DNA from: Octopus vulgaris
Lineage: Eukaryota
Assembly (NCBI GenBank): GCA_951406725.2
Contig: OX597819.1
Coordinates: 124,372,001-124,436,000, forward strand
Direction of reading: 5' to 3'
Length of the DNA: 64,000 bases
Part shown: positions 50,670 through 63,880 of the stretch, in pieces
Numbering within the stretch: position 1 is the stretch's first letter
Layout of the letters: each line of letters starts with the position of its first letter
The notes under the pieces: model-generated
Seen by the model: only the letters and a program-made list of their open reading frames with translations
The model's database searches: none
Told to the model about the DNA's origin: nothing
Program-made: the position numbers and the translations under genes

Positions 50670-52152
50670 ACCACAACTAAGAAGCATCAGTTGTGGTGTG
50701 CAAGAGAGACGTTTGCGCTGGTATGGTCATGTGACGAGAATGAGTGAAGATAGTTGTGTGAAAAAGTGCCACACCCTAGTGGTTGAGGGAACCTGTGGAA
50801 GAGGTAGACCCAGGAAAACCTGGGACGAGGTGGTGAAGCATGACCTTTGAACTTTAGGTCTCACCGAGGAAATGACTAGAGACCGAGACCTATGGAAATA
50901 TGCTGTGCTTGAGAAGACCCGGCAGGACAAGTGAGACCATAACCCATGGCCTCTACCTGGGATGTAGCCAGTCCTCTTATGCATACCTTTCCTTCTTGGG
51001 ACACAAAACTCCACTTGTGAAGACCTGTTGAGGCAAGTGAGAATCAAAATTGAAATCGATCAACATTAATGGAAATTGTAGCTGTGATACCAGTGCCGGT
51101 GACATGTAAGCGAACCATCCGAACGTAGTCGTTGCCAGCGCCGCCCCGACGGGCCTCCATGCCGGTGGCACGTAAAAAGCACCATCTGATCGTGGCCATT
51201 GCCAGCCTCGTCTGGCACCTGTTGCCGGTGGCACGTAAAAAGCACCATCTGATCGTGGCCGTTGCCAGCCTCGTCTGGCACCTGTTGCCGGTGGCACGTA
51301 AAAAGCACCATCTGATCGTGGCCGTTGCCAGCCTCGTCTGGCACCTGTTGCCGGTGGCACGTAAAAAGCACTCACTACTACACTCACGGAGTGGTTGGCG
51401 TTAGGAAGGGCATCCAGCCATAGAAACATTGCCAGATCAGACTGGGCCTGGTGCAGCCTTCTGGTTTCCCAGACCCCAGTCGAACCGTCCAACCCATGCT
51501 AGCATGGAAAGTGGACACTAAATGATAATGAGTTAGAGTGAAAAATGAATTCATGATTGTATAAAGCTATAGAAACACTTAAAAATAAAAGTTTTGAATG
51601 TCACCTGTTGTAATGAAAGAATTACAAAAGTTTGTATGTGATGTATATGACACAGTATGCAGCGATGAGTCAAAACATTTAATCAAAAATCAAAATCAAA
51701 TTCGATGACTGGCATCCGTGCTAGCGGGGTGCAAAGAGCACCATACGAGTGTGACCATTGACAGAGTGGATAACCAGCTTCCGTGCCAGTGGCACTTAAA
51801 AGGCACTATTTGAGCGTGATCATTGCCAGAGCGGCTATCTGGCCTCCGTACCAGTGGCACATAAAAGATCGTTACCAGCATCACCTTACTGGCACCTGTG
51901 CCGGTGGCATGTGTAAAGAGATTTGAGCGAGGTCATTGCCAGTACTGCCTGTGGCCCTGTGCTGGTGGCACGTAAAAGCACCCACTACACTCTCGGAGTG
52001 GTTGGCGTTAGGAAGGGCATCCAGCTGTAGAAACTCTGCCAGATCAGATTGGAGTCTGGTGCAGCCATCTGGTTCGCCAGCCCTTAGTCATTCGTCCAAC
52101 CCATGCTAGCATGGAAAGCAGACGTTTAAACGACAATGATGATGATGATGAT
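50670..52152 (+). mobile_element. RTE 3' end (50670-51530; 63-bp units at 51161, 51224, 51287) plus a second 3' UTR (51690-52152)
   Basis: ERRLRWYGHV.RM.....VKKC....VEG...RGRPRKTW; modules and tails. Confidence 0.85.
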
Positions 52153-52372
52153 AATGAATGGAGACAACTATGGCTTTGGGATAAATATGGTGCCAGCCAG
52201 TCTACTTCCCTTCCACAACAAACAAGTGGACATTTTTGTTGCTCTTTGTATTCTTAGAATTGATTATTTAAACTACATTGAGACAGCATTTGAAGTGTTG
52301 CTAGCCTCAGTTGTTCTATCCATTTCAGAAAGCTGTTTTTTCTGTGGAGAAAACTATTAGTAATACATTGGT

Positions 52373-52605
52373 GGGATCTTTTCACTTTGACCGGCAGATT
52401 TTTAAAATAATTTCTTTGTAACTAAACACTTTAAAACTTCGTATACTGGTAGAATGTGTTACATAAAACATCTTTTTATCTTGGCTTTCTTGAGAAAATT
52501 CTGTAGTTTGTAAGCTATTTGTTGTTTAATTTCTTACATTTCGGCAATTTCAACCTATCAATGACGTCTATTGAGGTGAATACAATTTCTACCGTAACAT
52601 TTTCT
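52373..52605 (+). mobile_element. Single arm of the 47894-type MITE
   Basis: GGGATCTTTTCACTTTGAC.GGCAGATTTT...CCGTAACA. Confidence 0.8.
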
Positions 52606-54054
52606 GTTGCCTGTGTCAAGAATGCTTCTGATGTTCCAACATGCAATCTTCAGAGCGTTGGCAATATTTGGAGGGTGTGTGGAGTCTTTCCTTTTTGTAA
52701 TTGTGTGTATTCGATTGCTTGAAGATGCCCGTTGACCACAGTTTGCGAACTGGGTGTTTAGGAAACAAGCTTTCTTTAAGCTGCCTTTTCTAGGCCCTTC
52801 TTTATGTGGAGTGTAGCAGAAGTGATTTGCACTGAGATGTTTTCGTTTTCACTCATCTAGGCTTAAATACCTGAATATCAGCTCCACAGAGTCTTTTCAT
52901 TCCAACAGGTTACATGACCTCGAGATTAAACGAACCTGTTGTTTGTGTTGGTCAGTTTCCAGCTGTCCAATCGTTTTGGCTCAACAGTTTATTTTGCCTT
53001 ACACAGGAAATTAATTACCAGCTTCTGGGAGCCCACTATTCTCTATAAGAAAGGCAGTTCTTGACTGTTCTAGGTCTTTGGCACTCACCACTGACCACAC
53101 ACAACTCGTCTCTAGCAATGATGTTCTGATACCAGCCAGTCTCCACTTTCATCTCCACCAGAGGCCTGTCTACATCATGGCTGTATGAACATCACACAAC
53201 CAACAGACCAACAGCTGCCTCTACACACCATCAAACAATATGTCAACCTTGTCTACTGGATCAACAATGCATGAAGTTCTTTCACACATCTTCATAACTT
53301 GTTATGTTATTTTATTTCATGTATGGCAATCATTGTATTTTATAACAGAGAATAAATCACTACCAGTTCATTTCATCTCAAGCCATATCATTCACACACT
53401 CTCATTTACTCCTCTTCATTATAGGAGCAAGCAGTGCTCTCCCTAGATAAGGCTGCTTGGTTGTTCGGGATGCTGCCAAGTGATGTCGTTGTCACCAGGT
53501 GACCAATGTTCTGAACTGCCTGCATGCAGGTTGGAAGCTGTGGCTTCCAGTGACATCTTCCACCTGCCATTTTCACCCCCTTCTCATCATTACAGGGCTT
53601 AGAGAGTTGTGATCATGGTCGTGGACATGAACAGGTCCTTTTGGCCTGCACAATGGAGTTCAAAGGTGAAATGCAGTCTGTACAGAACTGACCCCATCCT
53701 TCACACCTGGGGTTCATCTGCCATGGCCCAGCAAGCTAGGATAATGACAGAGAGGTTTTCAGGTCATAGGTTTTATATCAGAGTGTTCATCTCCTAGACA
53801 GGCTGCCAATCATGGCTTATGAGCCCCATCTGCTCAGAGCAGCCTAGTTATACTGTGCCAGACACCCACAGTCATCCTCTCCTGTTGGTTTAGATGCAGG
53901 TGGTACCATGAGGAGGTCAAAGTAGGACTTGGGGTTTACACCATGCTTTAGGAGTTTTAGTCCAGTATGGTGCTCATCCAACCAGCATCCAGTGACTATG
54001 TGGACTGCCATATACCAACATTTAGGTCCTTGAGTGAGCAAAGGTCACCAGCCT

Positions 54055-54295
54055 GGAGTCCATTTTACTTGAGACATGACTGCGTTGGGCAGGGCATGTT
54101 GACAGGATGAAAGACCACCGCCTACCCAAGATCATCATGTACGGTGAGTTCACCACTGGCCACCGCAAGGCAGGAGCACCAAGGAAGTGTTACAAAGACT
54201 TCTTGAAGCAGTCCCTTAGCATTTGTGACATTGATTATCGTGAGTGGGGTCCGCTGTAATAGCTGACCGTGTTGCTTGGTGCCATACCATCAGTG
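54055..54295 (+). mobile_element. RTE-BovB-like ORF2 3' remnant
   Basis: LRWAGHVDRMKDHRLPKIIMYGE...G.R..GAPRKCYKD.LK. Confidence 0.7.
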
Positions 54296-54315
54296 ATGTC
54301 GTATATACCATCAGC

Positions 54316-55065
54316 CTGTCGTATATATGTATATATATATATAAGTGTGTGTATATATGTTTGTGTGTCTGTGTTTGACCCCCTAGCATTGCTTGACAAC
54401 CGATGCTGGTGTGTTTACGTCCCCGTCACTTAGCGGTTCGGCAAAAGAAACCGATAGAATAAGTACTGGGCTTACAAAGAATAAGTTCCATGGTCGATTT
54501 GCTTGACTAAAAGGCGGTGCTCCAGCATGGCCGCAGTCAAAATGACTGAAACAAGTAAAAGATAAAAGATAAAAGATATAATAGTATCAATTAACCTGAC
54601 TACATTTTCCTCCAGAAAACATTAGCCTTGTATTACAACAAAAGGAACGAATATTTATTGAAGATAAATTCTGTTGTACTGTTGCTAGTGGAGACATTTC
54701 ATTGTTCTCTTATTAATAGAATGGTAATGAAATTTAGTTGACATTTTTATGCCTTTTTTACAACACAACACAGGTGTTTGCCTGTATTTACTTACAAATT
54801 CTAGACAAGATTTTGATGTTTGTTAATAGATTTGTATTTGTTTCTTATCTAAAGAATGTAAGGCATTTGATGACCAACACCTAATTCATCAATTCATATC
54901 TACTGTATAGGTATAGGCATGGGTGTGTGGTTAAGAAGTTTGCTTTTGAACCATGTGTTTTTGGGTTCAGTCCCACTACATGACACCTTGGACAAGTGTC
55001 TTCTATAGGTCTGGATTGACTAAAACCTTTGAGTGAATTTTGTAGATGGAAACTGAAAGCAACCT

Positions 55066-55075
<10 letters not shown>
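54316..55075 (+). mobile_element. SINE-C 3' half (54316-54576) and a degenerate SINE-C 5' half (54915-55075)
   Basis: Similarity to 37733-38125. Confidence 0.75.
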
Positions 55076-55109
<34 letters not shown>

Positions 55110-55347
55110 TATGTAATCTAAATATGACAAATAAATACCTCAACACAGCTTTAATGTTGAAGTATTTCTTTGTCTTATTATTTGGATTATATTTTACTCT
55201 TTGCTAAACCCACACAATTGTTTTTGACATCATGAAACAAGGATTTTCTACACCTGAAGAATTTTGGTATTAGTCTGGAATCTGACAGAATTGATAGCCC
55301 AGAACGTCAGTTCAGTGCTTCATTGGAAAATACCCTCTCTATATGCC

Positions 55348-55390
<43 letters not shown>

Positions 55391-55875
55391 TTATAAGAGG
55401 TAATGGTGTCATTAAGACCCAAAGGTGTCAGGTAATGTAAGTAAGTATCTCATTTATTTCCTTATCGTATTTAATGCTGATGACGAGAAAATTCTAAATG
55501 AATTAACTCAGAAATTGGGACTGATCCGATAATAACGAACTCTTTTTAGAAATTTCTATCGGCTTGCTTTCGAGACACGTGCTTATAGTGATAAATTATA
55601 TGGTTATTGACGAATAAGTTTATATTTCGGCATATTTGGCATTGGATTTTTTTCTTTTACCCTTGTTTATAAGTTGTTTATAAAATTTAACCTTTAAAGG
55701 TATTTTTTAATATGCTGGCCATTGATAAAATGTTTTCGAAAATTTTTATCCTATATTAGATATATATATATATGTATGTGTACACACACACAAAGATAAA
55801 TTGATAGATACAACTGAGTGGGCAAACAAAAATATGAGACACTGCCTAGTGGGTTTAAAAAAATTTTTATAAGCC

Positions 55876-56390
55876 TTAACGTCCACTTTCCATGCTAGCA
55901 TGGGTTGGACGGTTTGACTGAGGGCTGGCGAGCCAGATGGCTGCACCAGGCTTCAATCTTGATCTGGCAGAGTTTCTACAGCTGGATGCCCTTCCTAACG
56001 CCAACTACTCCAAGAGTGTAGTGGGTGCTTTTACGTGCCAGTCAGGTGGCACTGGCAACGACCTCACTTGAATTTTTTTACACATGCCAGTGGCGCAGGT
56101 GTCAGTAAGGCGATGCTGGTAACGATCACGCTAGGATGATGTCTTTTACATGCCACCGGCACGGAGGCCAGATAGCCGCTCTGGCAATGATCACGCTCAG
56201 ATGGTGCTCTTAATACCCTACTCGCACGGGGCACAAGTGCCAGTAGTGTGACGCTGGTAACGCTCACGCTCGAATGGTGCCTTTTAAGTGCCACTGGCAC
56301 GGAAGCCAGTTAGCCGCTCTGTCAATGATCACTCGTATAGAGCTCTTTGCACTCCGCTAGCACGGACGCCAGTCGTCGAATTTGATTTTA
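55876..56390 (-). mobile_element. RTE 3' UTR/tail (family A)
   Basis: Reverse-complement modules and tail. Confidence 0.8.
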
Positions 56391-56690
56391 AAATTAATTA
56401 AAACAAAGGCAGTATATTTCAGTTGAAGAGTTAATCAGATTTAACATCAAACATTCTGCTTTGACCAATCTTATTCCTACAGATATTAACTTACAGATGT
56501 TTAGATTGTGTATCAGCTGTTTGGAAGAGTTTCTAAAAGTCGATGGACACAGCCACTTCTCTTCTTATTAATTTATTAAAAAATAATTTGGTTATAGAAA
56601 CGTCATAGAATTATTTAATTGTAATTTGTGTGTACATCTGTTTGAGAATGTTTCTTTTAGGCAACTCTTACTCCATATTTTTATTGAAAA

Positions 56691-56925
56691 TGTTTATATA
56701 TTTGTTTTGCAAGATTTTTGATATGAAATCGTGTGCTGAAACAGATGTTGTTGTATTTAGGAATGGTCATTTTGCCAGTTTAGTGTGACGAAAGAACTCT
56801 GGCCGAAATAAGATTAAGATTAATGTAAAAAATAAATAACACTGAAGCAAAGTAACACCAAATATATAGTGCGTGTGTTTTTATTGGCTAAACTGGCAAA
56901 ATGGCCATTCCTAAATACAACAATA
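56691..56925. mobile_element. Short fold-back insertion related to 5836-6145
   Basis: Inverted repeat 56745-56783/56888-56926; TSD TTTATTGAAAA at 56680-56690 and 56926-56936; shares TTTGCAAGATT..ATGA..GTGTG.TGAA with 5853-5890. Confidence 0.65.
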
Positions 56926-57357
56926 TTTATTGAAAACCTTTTACTTAAACATTTCCACATTGTTATATGTTTGTTCTTTTAGTTTAACGAAGCAAGTGTA
57001 TTTCTTCACGTTCTTCAAGTAGTGACAAGTATTTGTAGAGAGACTCGTTTCTATGATTTATGTCCTTATCAAACGGTCTCTGCTTGTAGCCTAAATTAAA
57101 GTTTAACTAAGGATTAGCACGTATTTACTCATATGCACAGTAGGAATAATGTTGACTTTGAAGCGATTACACGGAAGTATTTTTCTCAGATTACTTACTC
57201 AAGGGTGTATATTCACAGGGATATGGATGCATTTCTCCACTACATGTAGACATACATTTCAATATATATTTGCACACACATACACACACAGAATATATAA
57301 ATTGTAATTCTAATGTATCAAATTTACTTTCAAAAATGTTCAGGCTTAACTTATAAT

Positions 57358-57592
57358 ATCTATTTCTTTACTACCCACAAGGGGCTAAACACAGAGGGGA
57401 CAAACAAGGACGGACAAACGGATTAAGTTGATTACATCGACCCCAGTGCGTAACTGGTACTTAATTTATCGACCCCGAAAGGATGAAAGGCAAAGTCGAC
57501 CTCGGCGGAATTTGAACCCAGAACGTAACGGCAGACGAAATACGGCAACGCATTTCGCCCGGCGTGCTAAAGTCTCTGCCAGCTCGCCACCT
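57358..57592 (-). mobile_element. SINE family B
   Basis: Full copy; CTTAACTTATAATAT duplicated in the flanks. Confidence 0.9.
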
Positions 57593-58297
57593 TAACTTAT
57601 AATATTAATTCCACTCTGATTCAGTACCTGTGTACATTACTGCTATTACCGATTGGTTCCAGGTTAGTAATTCTTTGGATACACATTTGGTTCTATTCTT
57701 GTCTTTAAATTTTGATGCCTTTCTTTATCAAATAAGTGATTGCATAGTGTGTGTGTGTATGTGCACATACACACTATATAAAAGTGTATAAATACAATAT
57801 ACTTGTGTGCATGTATGCATGTATGTATATATGTATATATGTGTGTGTGTAAGCCTATGTAGTAGACATACAAACATGGCAAATTTACCTATTTTTTCAT
57901 AGATTGAAGAAAGTGATGAACAGTCTTAATTGATTTTGAACCTTTATTGGGATTTCATCAGGGGTGTCTACATCATTTAATCAATTCTAGAGAAACAAGC
58001 AAACTGTTTAAATACACATAAAGTCTAGAAGTTCCAAAGAACTGCAACTACTAATTTGCATACCATAAGTGTTGAACCCTATTTGATATCACAGGTCTGT
58101 CAACGGAGAGCCCAGGGGCATTGCATTGAAGATTTTAGTAAAAAAAAATCAATCAAAATACTTAATTTTTAAGTTTGGTACTTATTTCAATTAGTCTTGT
58201 TTGTCAAACTGCTAAGTTACAGAAACATAAACAACTCAACACTTGTTGTCAAGTGGGGGGATGAGAAAAATATAAACACACACACACATACATACAT

Positions 58298-58436
58298 ACA
58301 TCATCATCGTTTAACGTCCGTTTTCCGCGCTAGCACGGGTTGGACGGTTTGACCGGGGTCTAGGAAGCCAGGGGCTGCACCAGGCTCCAGTCTGATCTGG
58401 CAGAGTTTCTACAGCTGGATGCCCTTCCTAACGCCA
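58298..58436 (-). mobile_element. Short RTE 3' tail (family A)
   Basis: (CAT)n plus reverse-complement tail. Confidence 0.8.
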
Positions 58437-58736
58437 AATACATATATATATATATGTGTATACATTCATTTGCTTTTCCCAGAAGTTCAATGATTTTAGC
58501 TTGCTGGATTCAAAAGGCGTCGGGAGTAAAAAAGCACAAAACTGCTATGACTTTCCAGATACTGACTGACGAGGAAATTGGCTGTGAATGGTCCTTGTAT
58601 CTTGTTTTGTCCAGTTTCCCGTTTGTTATGTTATCATCTATTTTTCCATATGTTGCTTATTGTGTTCTTTTCTATCCTACCCTTGATCTATATATATATA
58701 TATATAAATAAATATATATATATATATATATATATA

Positions 58737-59231
58737 CAGTGGAGGGAAATAAATATTCGTACATGTCAAAATTCTTTATTTATTTAATTTTTTCTAATGA
58801 ACATAAATGGGATATACCAATACTATATTTGCATACACATGCATAAACTAAGAATATGCAAAAGAAACTAATAAATTATAGTAACTAAAGAATGAACTGA
58901 AGTCACACTCTCCTAGAAAAACTCCGCTGTTGACTAAAAGGCATAGAGATGCCCATTTAAAAATTTGTTTATGAACATAAAGATAAATCTGATACATTCT
59001 GGGAAAATGTTCTATGGACAGACGAGTCGAAAATTGAATTGTTTAGACGAAATTTGCGTAGGTACCGCCTATTCGCCAAAAAACATAATTCCTACCGTAA
59101 AGTTTGGAGGTGGCAACATCATGGTGTGGGGGTGTTTCTCTGCAAATGGTACTGGCAATTTACATGTGATAGATGGTAGAATGAATGCAGAGATGTACCA
59201 AAATATTTTGAACAATAATTTATGGAACTCT
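58737..59231 (+). mobile_element. Tc1 transposon remnant (left TIR plus partial DDE domain)
   Basis: TA|CAGTGGAGGGAAATAAATATT TIR; [47 protein letters not shown]...YQ.IL. Confidence 0.85.
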
Positions 59232-60125
59232 GGCGTGCAGGAGAGACATCTGCATTGGTATGGTCATGTACTACGGATGGATGAGGAGAGATGTGTGAAG
59301 AAGTGCCATTCCCAAACTGTTGAAGGAATCCAGGGTAGAGGTAGATCCAGGAAGACATGGGATGAGGTAGTCAAGCATGACCTTCGTACTGTGAGTCTCA
59401 CAGAGGCTATGACGAAAGACCAAGACCTCTGGAGATATGCTGTGACTTCAAAGACCCGACAAATGAAGTGAGTTCATGGCTCGCATTATGGCCTGCTGTG
59501 CTTGAGGAGACCTATTGTGTCAAGTACATCAACATCAAAATAAAACAAATGGATATTGTAGTTGGGATACCCCTGGTGGTAGCACGTTGGGCCTCACAGA
59601 GGAAATAGCGAAGACCGAGACCTATGAGATATGCTGGGACTGTGAAGACCCGACAAATGAAGTGAGTTCATGGCCCGCATGACGGCCTGCTGTACTAGCC
59701 TTGGATCGTAGAGTGACCTGCTGTTCTCAAGGAGACCTATCGAGTCAAGTACGTCAACACCAACATCAAAATAAAAAATCAAATGGAAATTGTAATTAAG
59801 ATATCCGTGCTGGTGGCACGTAAAAAGCATTATCCGAACGTGGCTGATGCCAGTGCCACCTGACTGGTGTCAATGTTGGTGACACGTAAAAAGCACCAAC
59901 CGATAGTGGCTGTTTACCAGCCTCCTCTGGCCCCTGTGCCGGTGGCACGTAAAAAGCACCCACTTCATTCATGGAGTGGTTGGCATTAGGAAGGGCATAC
60001 AGCTGTAGAAACACTGCCAGATCAGACTAGAGCCTGGTGCAGCCTCCTGGCTTCCCAGACCCCTGTTGAACCGTCCAACCCATGCTAGCATGGAAAACGA
60101 ACGTTAAACGATGATGATGATGATG
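59232..60125 (+). mobile_element. RTE 3' end with locally duplicated ORF2 end and 3' UTR
   Basis: [18 protein letters not shown]...GRGRSRKTW; tail and (GAT)n. Confidence 0.85.
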
Positions 60126-60539
60126 TACCAGCAGAAAACATAAACATATACATACCTACCTAAACCAACATATATGTGTGTGCATACATAAATATATATA
60201 TACACACAAGTGCATGCACATAGATACATATATACACACATATCCACATATATTAATACAAAAGTAGCAACAATAGTAATATATACTCACACATATATAC
60301 ATGTATATAATTATAGCTAACTCAATATATACCCTCTTTTTTATATATACCTGCATAATTATCACATATTATATAATACAGTATAACAACAATAATAATT
60401 CGAATAATAATAATAATTATTATGTCAGTAGGGGTATTTTAATACTAGGTTCTAGTGGTATTTGGAAAAGGAATGCCCAATTTTATGAAGACAGGAAACG
60501 TTGCATTCCTAAAAGCTGTTAAGAAGAGGAATTTTAATC

Positions 60540-61066
60540 CTGATTATAAAGAAAATTTCATTAATACATAACATACATTTTCTATTTTTAGTATTATACG
60601 ATGAATGCAGGTGCTGTTGTTAATATTTTCCAATTTAAATTATAGTTAATTCTCCCATACTTAAGTTCCCATATATAGCTACTTAACCACGTAGAATTTC
60701 TCCTATTTTGTTTCTAAATGTATAGTTATGATAATTAAGTCTCTGTTTCATATTGTTTTTTGTCACACCCACATATACCTTGCTGTCATATTGTGTACTT
60801 ACTAACTATACATTGATATACTACCTCCTTCCTAATGCAGTTATTAAATACACAATTATTACTTATTCTACAATTACATGTTCTGTGTGGCTGTGTAGGG
60901 TTTGTGTTATTGGGGTTGACAGTTATTATATTATTAGTTCTGTGTCTTTTGTTGATCCCTATACTATTGTGATCATTAATGTTAGTATTTTTACTATTAT
61001 TATTTACACTTCCATTGTTGCTGTCATTAATATTATTATTATTGTTATCACCAACCACTCTGTTTC

Positions 61067-61117
<51 letters not shown>

Positions 61118-61134
61118 CATCATTATTATTATCA

Positions 61135-61192
<58 letters not shown>

Positions 61193-61209
61193 CATCATTA
61201 TTATTATCA

Positions 61210-61259
<50 letters not shown>

Positions 61260-61777
61260 GAGTGAGAGAGCAGTGCATGCCATCAAAGTGACACTGGGGT
61301 AAAATATACGAAGCCCAATATACCCATCATGACTACCTGTCTGATAAAGGTACACCAGGCACATGCATCACAACCATATGTGCGCGACATAGTGATCTCA
61401 TATCAAGATAAACAGCACATGACCTTGCAGGTGGGGCCCAGTTAGAATTTTCTTCAGGTTGAGTAGCCCATCCCGCTCAAGAGGTCCCTGAATAAGGATT
61501 GTTTAAGGATGTTGAAAGAACCACCCATGTTTCCAGAGGTGAATTATTCAAACCCCAAAGAATCCCTCTCAACACATGGCTATGATACTCTCCCACTACT
61601 TCTGCTCGTGATCAGAGATGCACATATCGTCAGCCACTAAGGGACATGCTCAACTAGTTAAGGTCAAGCAACCGACAAGCAAATCTGTGGTATTGAGCAG
61701 AATATTTACTGTAGCCCATCTTTTATACCAAGACAAAACAATGTACATGATAACACTTCCAATCAGTTAAGATCAGA

Positions 61778-61870
<93 letters not shown>

Positions 61871-62060
61871 TATGTTTGTATTACTTCTGTTATTTTTTCT
61901 ACTTAGATAGAAGGTGTCCAGTTTTCTATTGTTAATTGAGGAGATGATGGTTGCTAGGTTATGTGTTAGACTATATCCTATTCTTATTGTTTTGTTATTA
62001 ATTATCTCCCAATATTTGGTTTTTTCCATTTGTAAAATGTTTGTTAATTAAACAAACATT
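60540..62060 (-). mobile_element. Degenerate Naiad-type PLE C-terminal half with poly-Asn linker
   Basis: KYWEIINNKTIRIGYS...IISSIN, TCNCR...C...C....VVYQC, YVG, YIWELK...WKIL..APA, CMLC. Confidence 0.75.
61260..61776 (-). mobile_element. Non-LTR 3' fragment inserted in (TAA)n (Dong/R4-like by target; family unverified)
   Basis: GC-richer block flanked on both sides by long (ATT)n (61066-61259 and 61777-61870). Confidence 0.5.
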
Positions 62061-62292
62061 CTATATTCTCTGTCTGTCCCTCTGCTATGCTACATCAAAG
62101 AGATTCTGTCTCTTTCTGAGTCCTGCAACATATATAGATTACAAGGGAATGGCTGACAGTAAATTTTAAGTTTTAGCATCCCTGCTGTCATATAGTCACA
62201 CATGAACATACATACATACAAACAAACATGGTGGAATTCCATTTGTGACCAAGTAAGGTCACTTCCTAAACTCATTAAATCCATACATGTGA

Positions 62293-62680
62293 AGGCACAA
62301 TTGCCCAGTGGTTAGGGCAGCGGACTTGCGGTCGTAGGATCGCGGTTTCGATTCCCAGACCGGGCGTTGTGAGTGTTTATTGAGCGAAAACACCTAAAAG
62401 CTCCACAAGGCTCCGGCAGGGATGGTGGTGATCCCTGCTGTACTCTTTCACCACAACTTTCTCTCACTCTTACTTCCTGTTTCTGTTGTACCTGTATTTC
62501 AAAGGGCCAGCCTTGTCACTCTCTGTGTCACGCTGAATCTCCCCGAGAACTACGTTAAGGGTACACGTGTCTGTGGAGTGCTCAGCCACTTACACGTTAA
62601 TTTCACGAGCAGGCTGTGCCATTGATTCGGATCAACCGGAACCCTCGTCATCGTAACCGACGGAGTGCTTCCATCCATTA
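62293..62680 (+). mobile_element. tRNA(Arg)-like SINE family D
   Basis: TGCCCAGTGGTTAGGGC...GACTTGCGGTC...GGTTTCGATTCC head, then a long non-tRNA body. Confidence 0.7.
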
Positions 62681-63019
62681 AATCCATACAAACATTCTGA
62701 GTCCAAGAAGTTCCTGTGTTTGAATTTGTTTTAAGTGGATAAAGTGTTGTCAGCACTGAACCCACTTTTCGGTGCAAAAAGCTATAGAACCAGTGGCATA
62801 ACAGAGGTTGAGACAACCAGAAACTGTGTTTTAGGTTTTTTGATGTGAGTTTACCTTCTAGAAAGGAAGTTCTAATGACAACTAGGAGTCTTTCACTCCT
62901 AGTGGTTCACATGCTAGCTGGGACCCTAACAGTTGCTACTACTCTGAGTTAGAATTGATCTGGTAACAATAGTGGCTAAGAGATGGTTCTACCCTCCTCC
63001 TCAAAACCTTGCAATACAT

Positions 63020-63254
63020 ACCTATTTCTGTACTACCCACAATGGGCTAAACACAGAGAGGACAAACAAGGACAAACAAATAGATTAAGTCGATTACATC
63101 GACCCCAGTGCGTAACTGGTACTTAATTTATTGACCCCGAAAAGATGAAAGGCAAAGTGGACCTCGGTGGAATTTGAACTCAGAACGTAACGGCAGACGA
63201 AATACCGCAAAGCATTTCACCTGGTGTGCTAACGTTTCTGCCAGCTCGCCGCCT
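63020..63254 (-). mobile_element. SINE family B
   Basis: Full reverse-complement copy. Confidence 0.85.
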
Positions 63255-63568
63255 TATACATACCTTGCAATACATACCTTGTTCATATCATGAATATATA
63301 CAATGTTCAGCCTTGTTTTGCTATCCACTTTTCTCTGCTCATACGTATTGGATGGAATTTTGTTAAGGTAGAATTTTGCAGCCAGATGCTCTTCCTGCTG
63401 CCAACCATCACTTGTTTCCAAGTAAGGTAATATTTCCTCTTGACCAAATTGGTTTTCACAGATTTTGAATGAAAGATATTGCTTGCATAGCAGAGACATT
63501 CTCGTCTACATCTACAAAACGATGTCAGAGCAAGGAGACTGTGACACACACACCCATTTGTATATATA

Positions 63569-63880
63569 CATCATCATCATCGTTTAACGTCTGTTTTCTG
63601 CGCTAGCACGGGTTGGACGGTTCGACCGGGGTCTGGGAAGCCAGGAAGCTGCACCAGGCTCCAGTCTGATCTGGCAGTGTTTCTACAGCTGGATGCCCTT
63701 CCTAATGCCAACCACTCCGCGAGTGTAGTGGGTGCTTTTTATGTGCCACCGGCACAGAAGCCAGTCGAGGCGGCGCTGGCATCAGCCATGTTCGGATGGT
63801 GCTTTTTATGTGCCACCGGCACAGAAGCCAGTCGAGGCAGTGCTGGCAAGTCGAGGCGGCACTGGCAGTCGAGGCGGCGC
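63569..63880 (-). mobile_element. RTE 3' UTR/tail (family A)
   Basis: (CAT)n plus reverse-complement tail and modules. Confidence 0.8.

Noticed and set aside
51161-51370. Regularly spaced repeats resembling a CRISPR array
   Set aside because: Spacers are near-identical, the context is a eukaryotic LINE 3' UTR, and there are no cas genes.
57198-57245. Minus-strand SGEMHPYPCEY resembling a C2H2 linker, with a donor
   Set aside because: Stop follows immediately and there are no zinc-finger repeats.
60753-61364. Poly-Ile/Asn/Leu ORFs
   Set aside because: (ATT)n microsatellite; only the flanking Naiad remnant is meaningful.
62293-62365. tRNA-like sequence (also the heads of SINE families B and C)
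   Set aside because: No complete acceptor stem or Pol III terminator; continues into SINE bodies.
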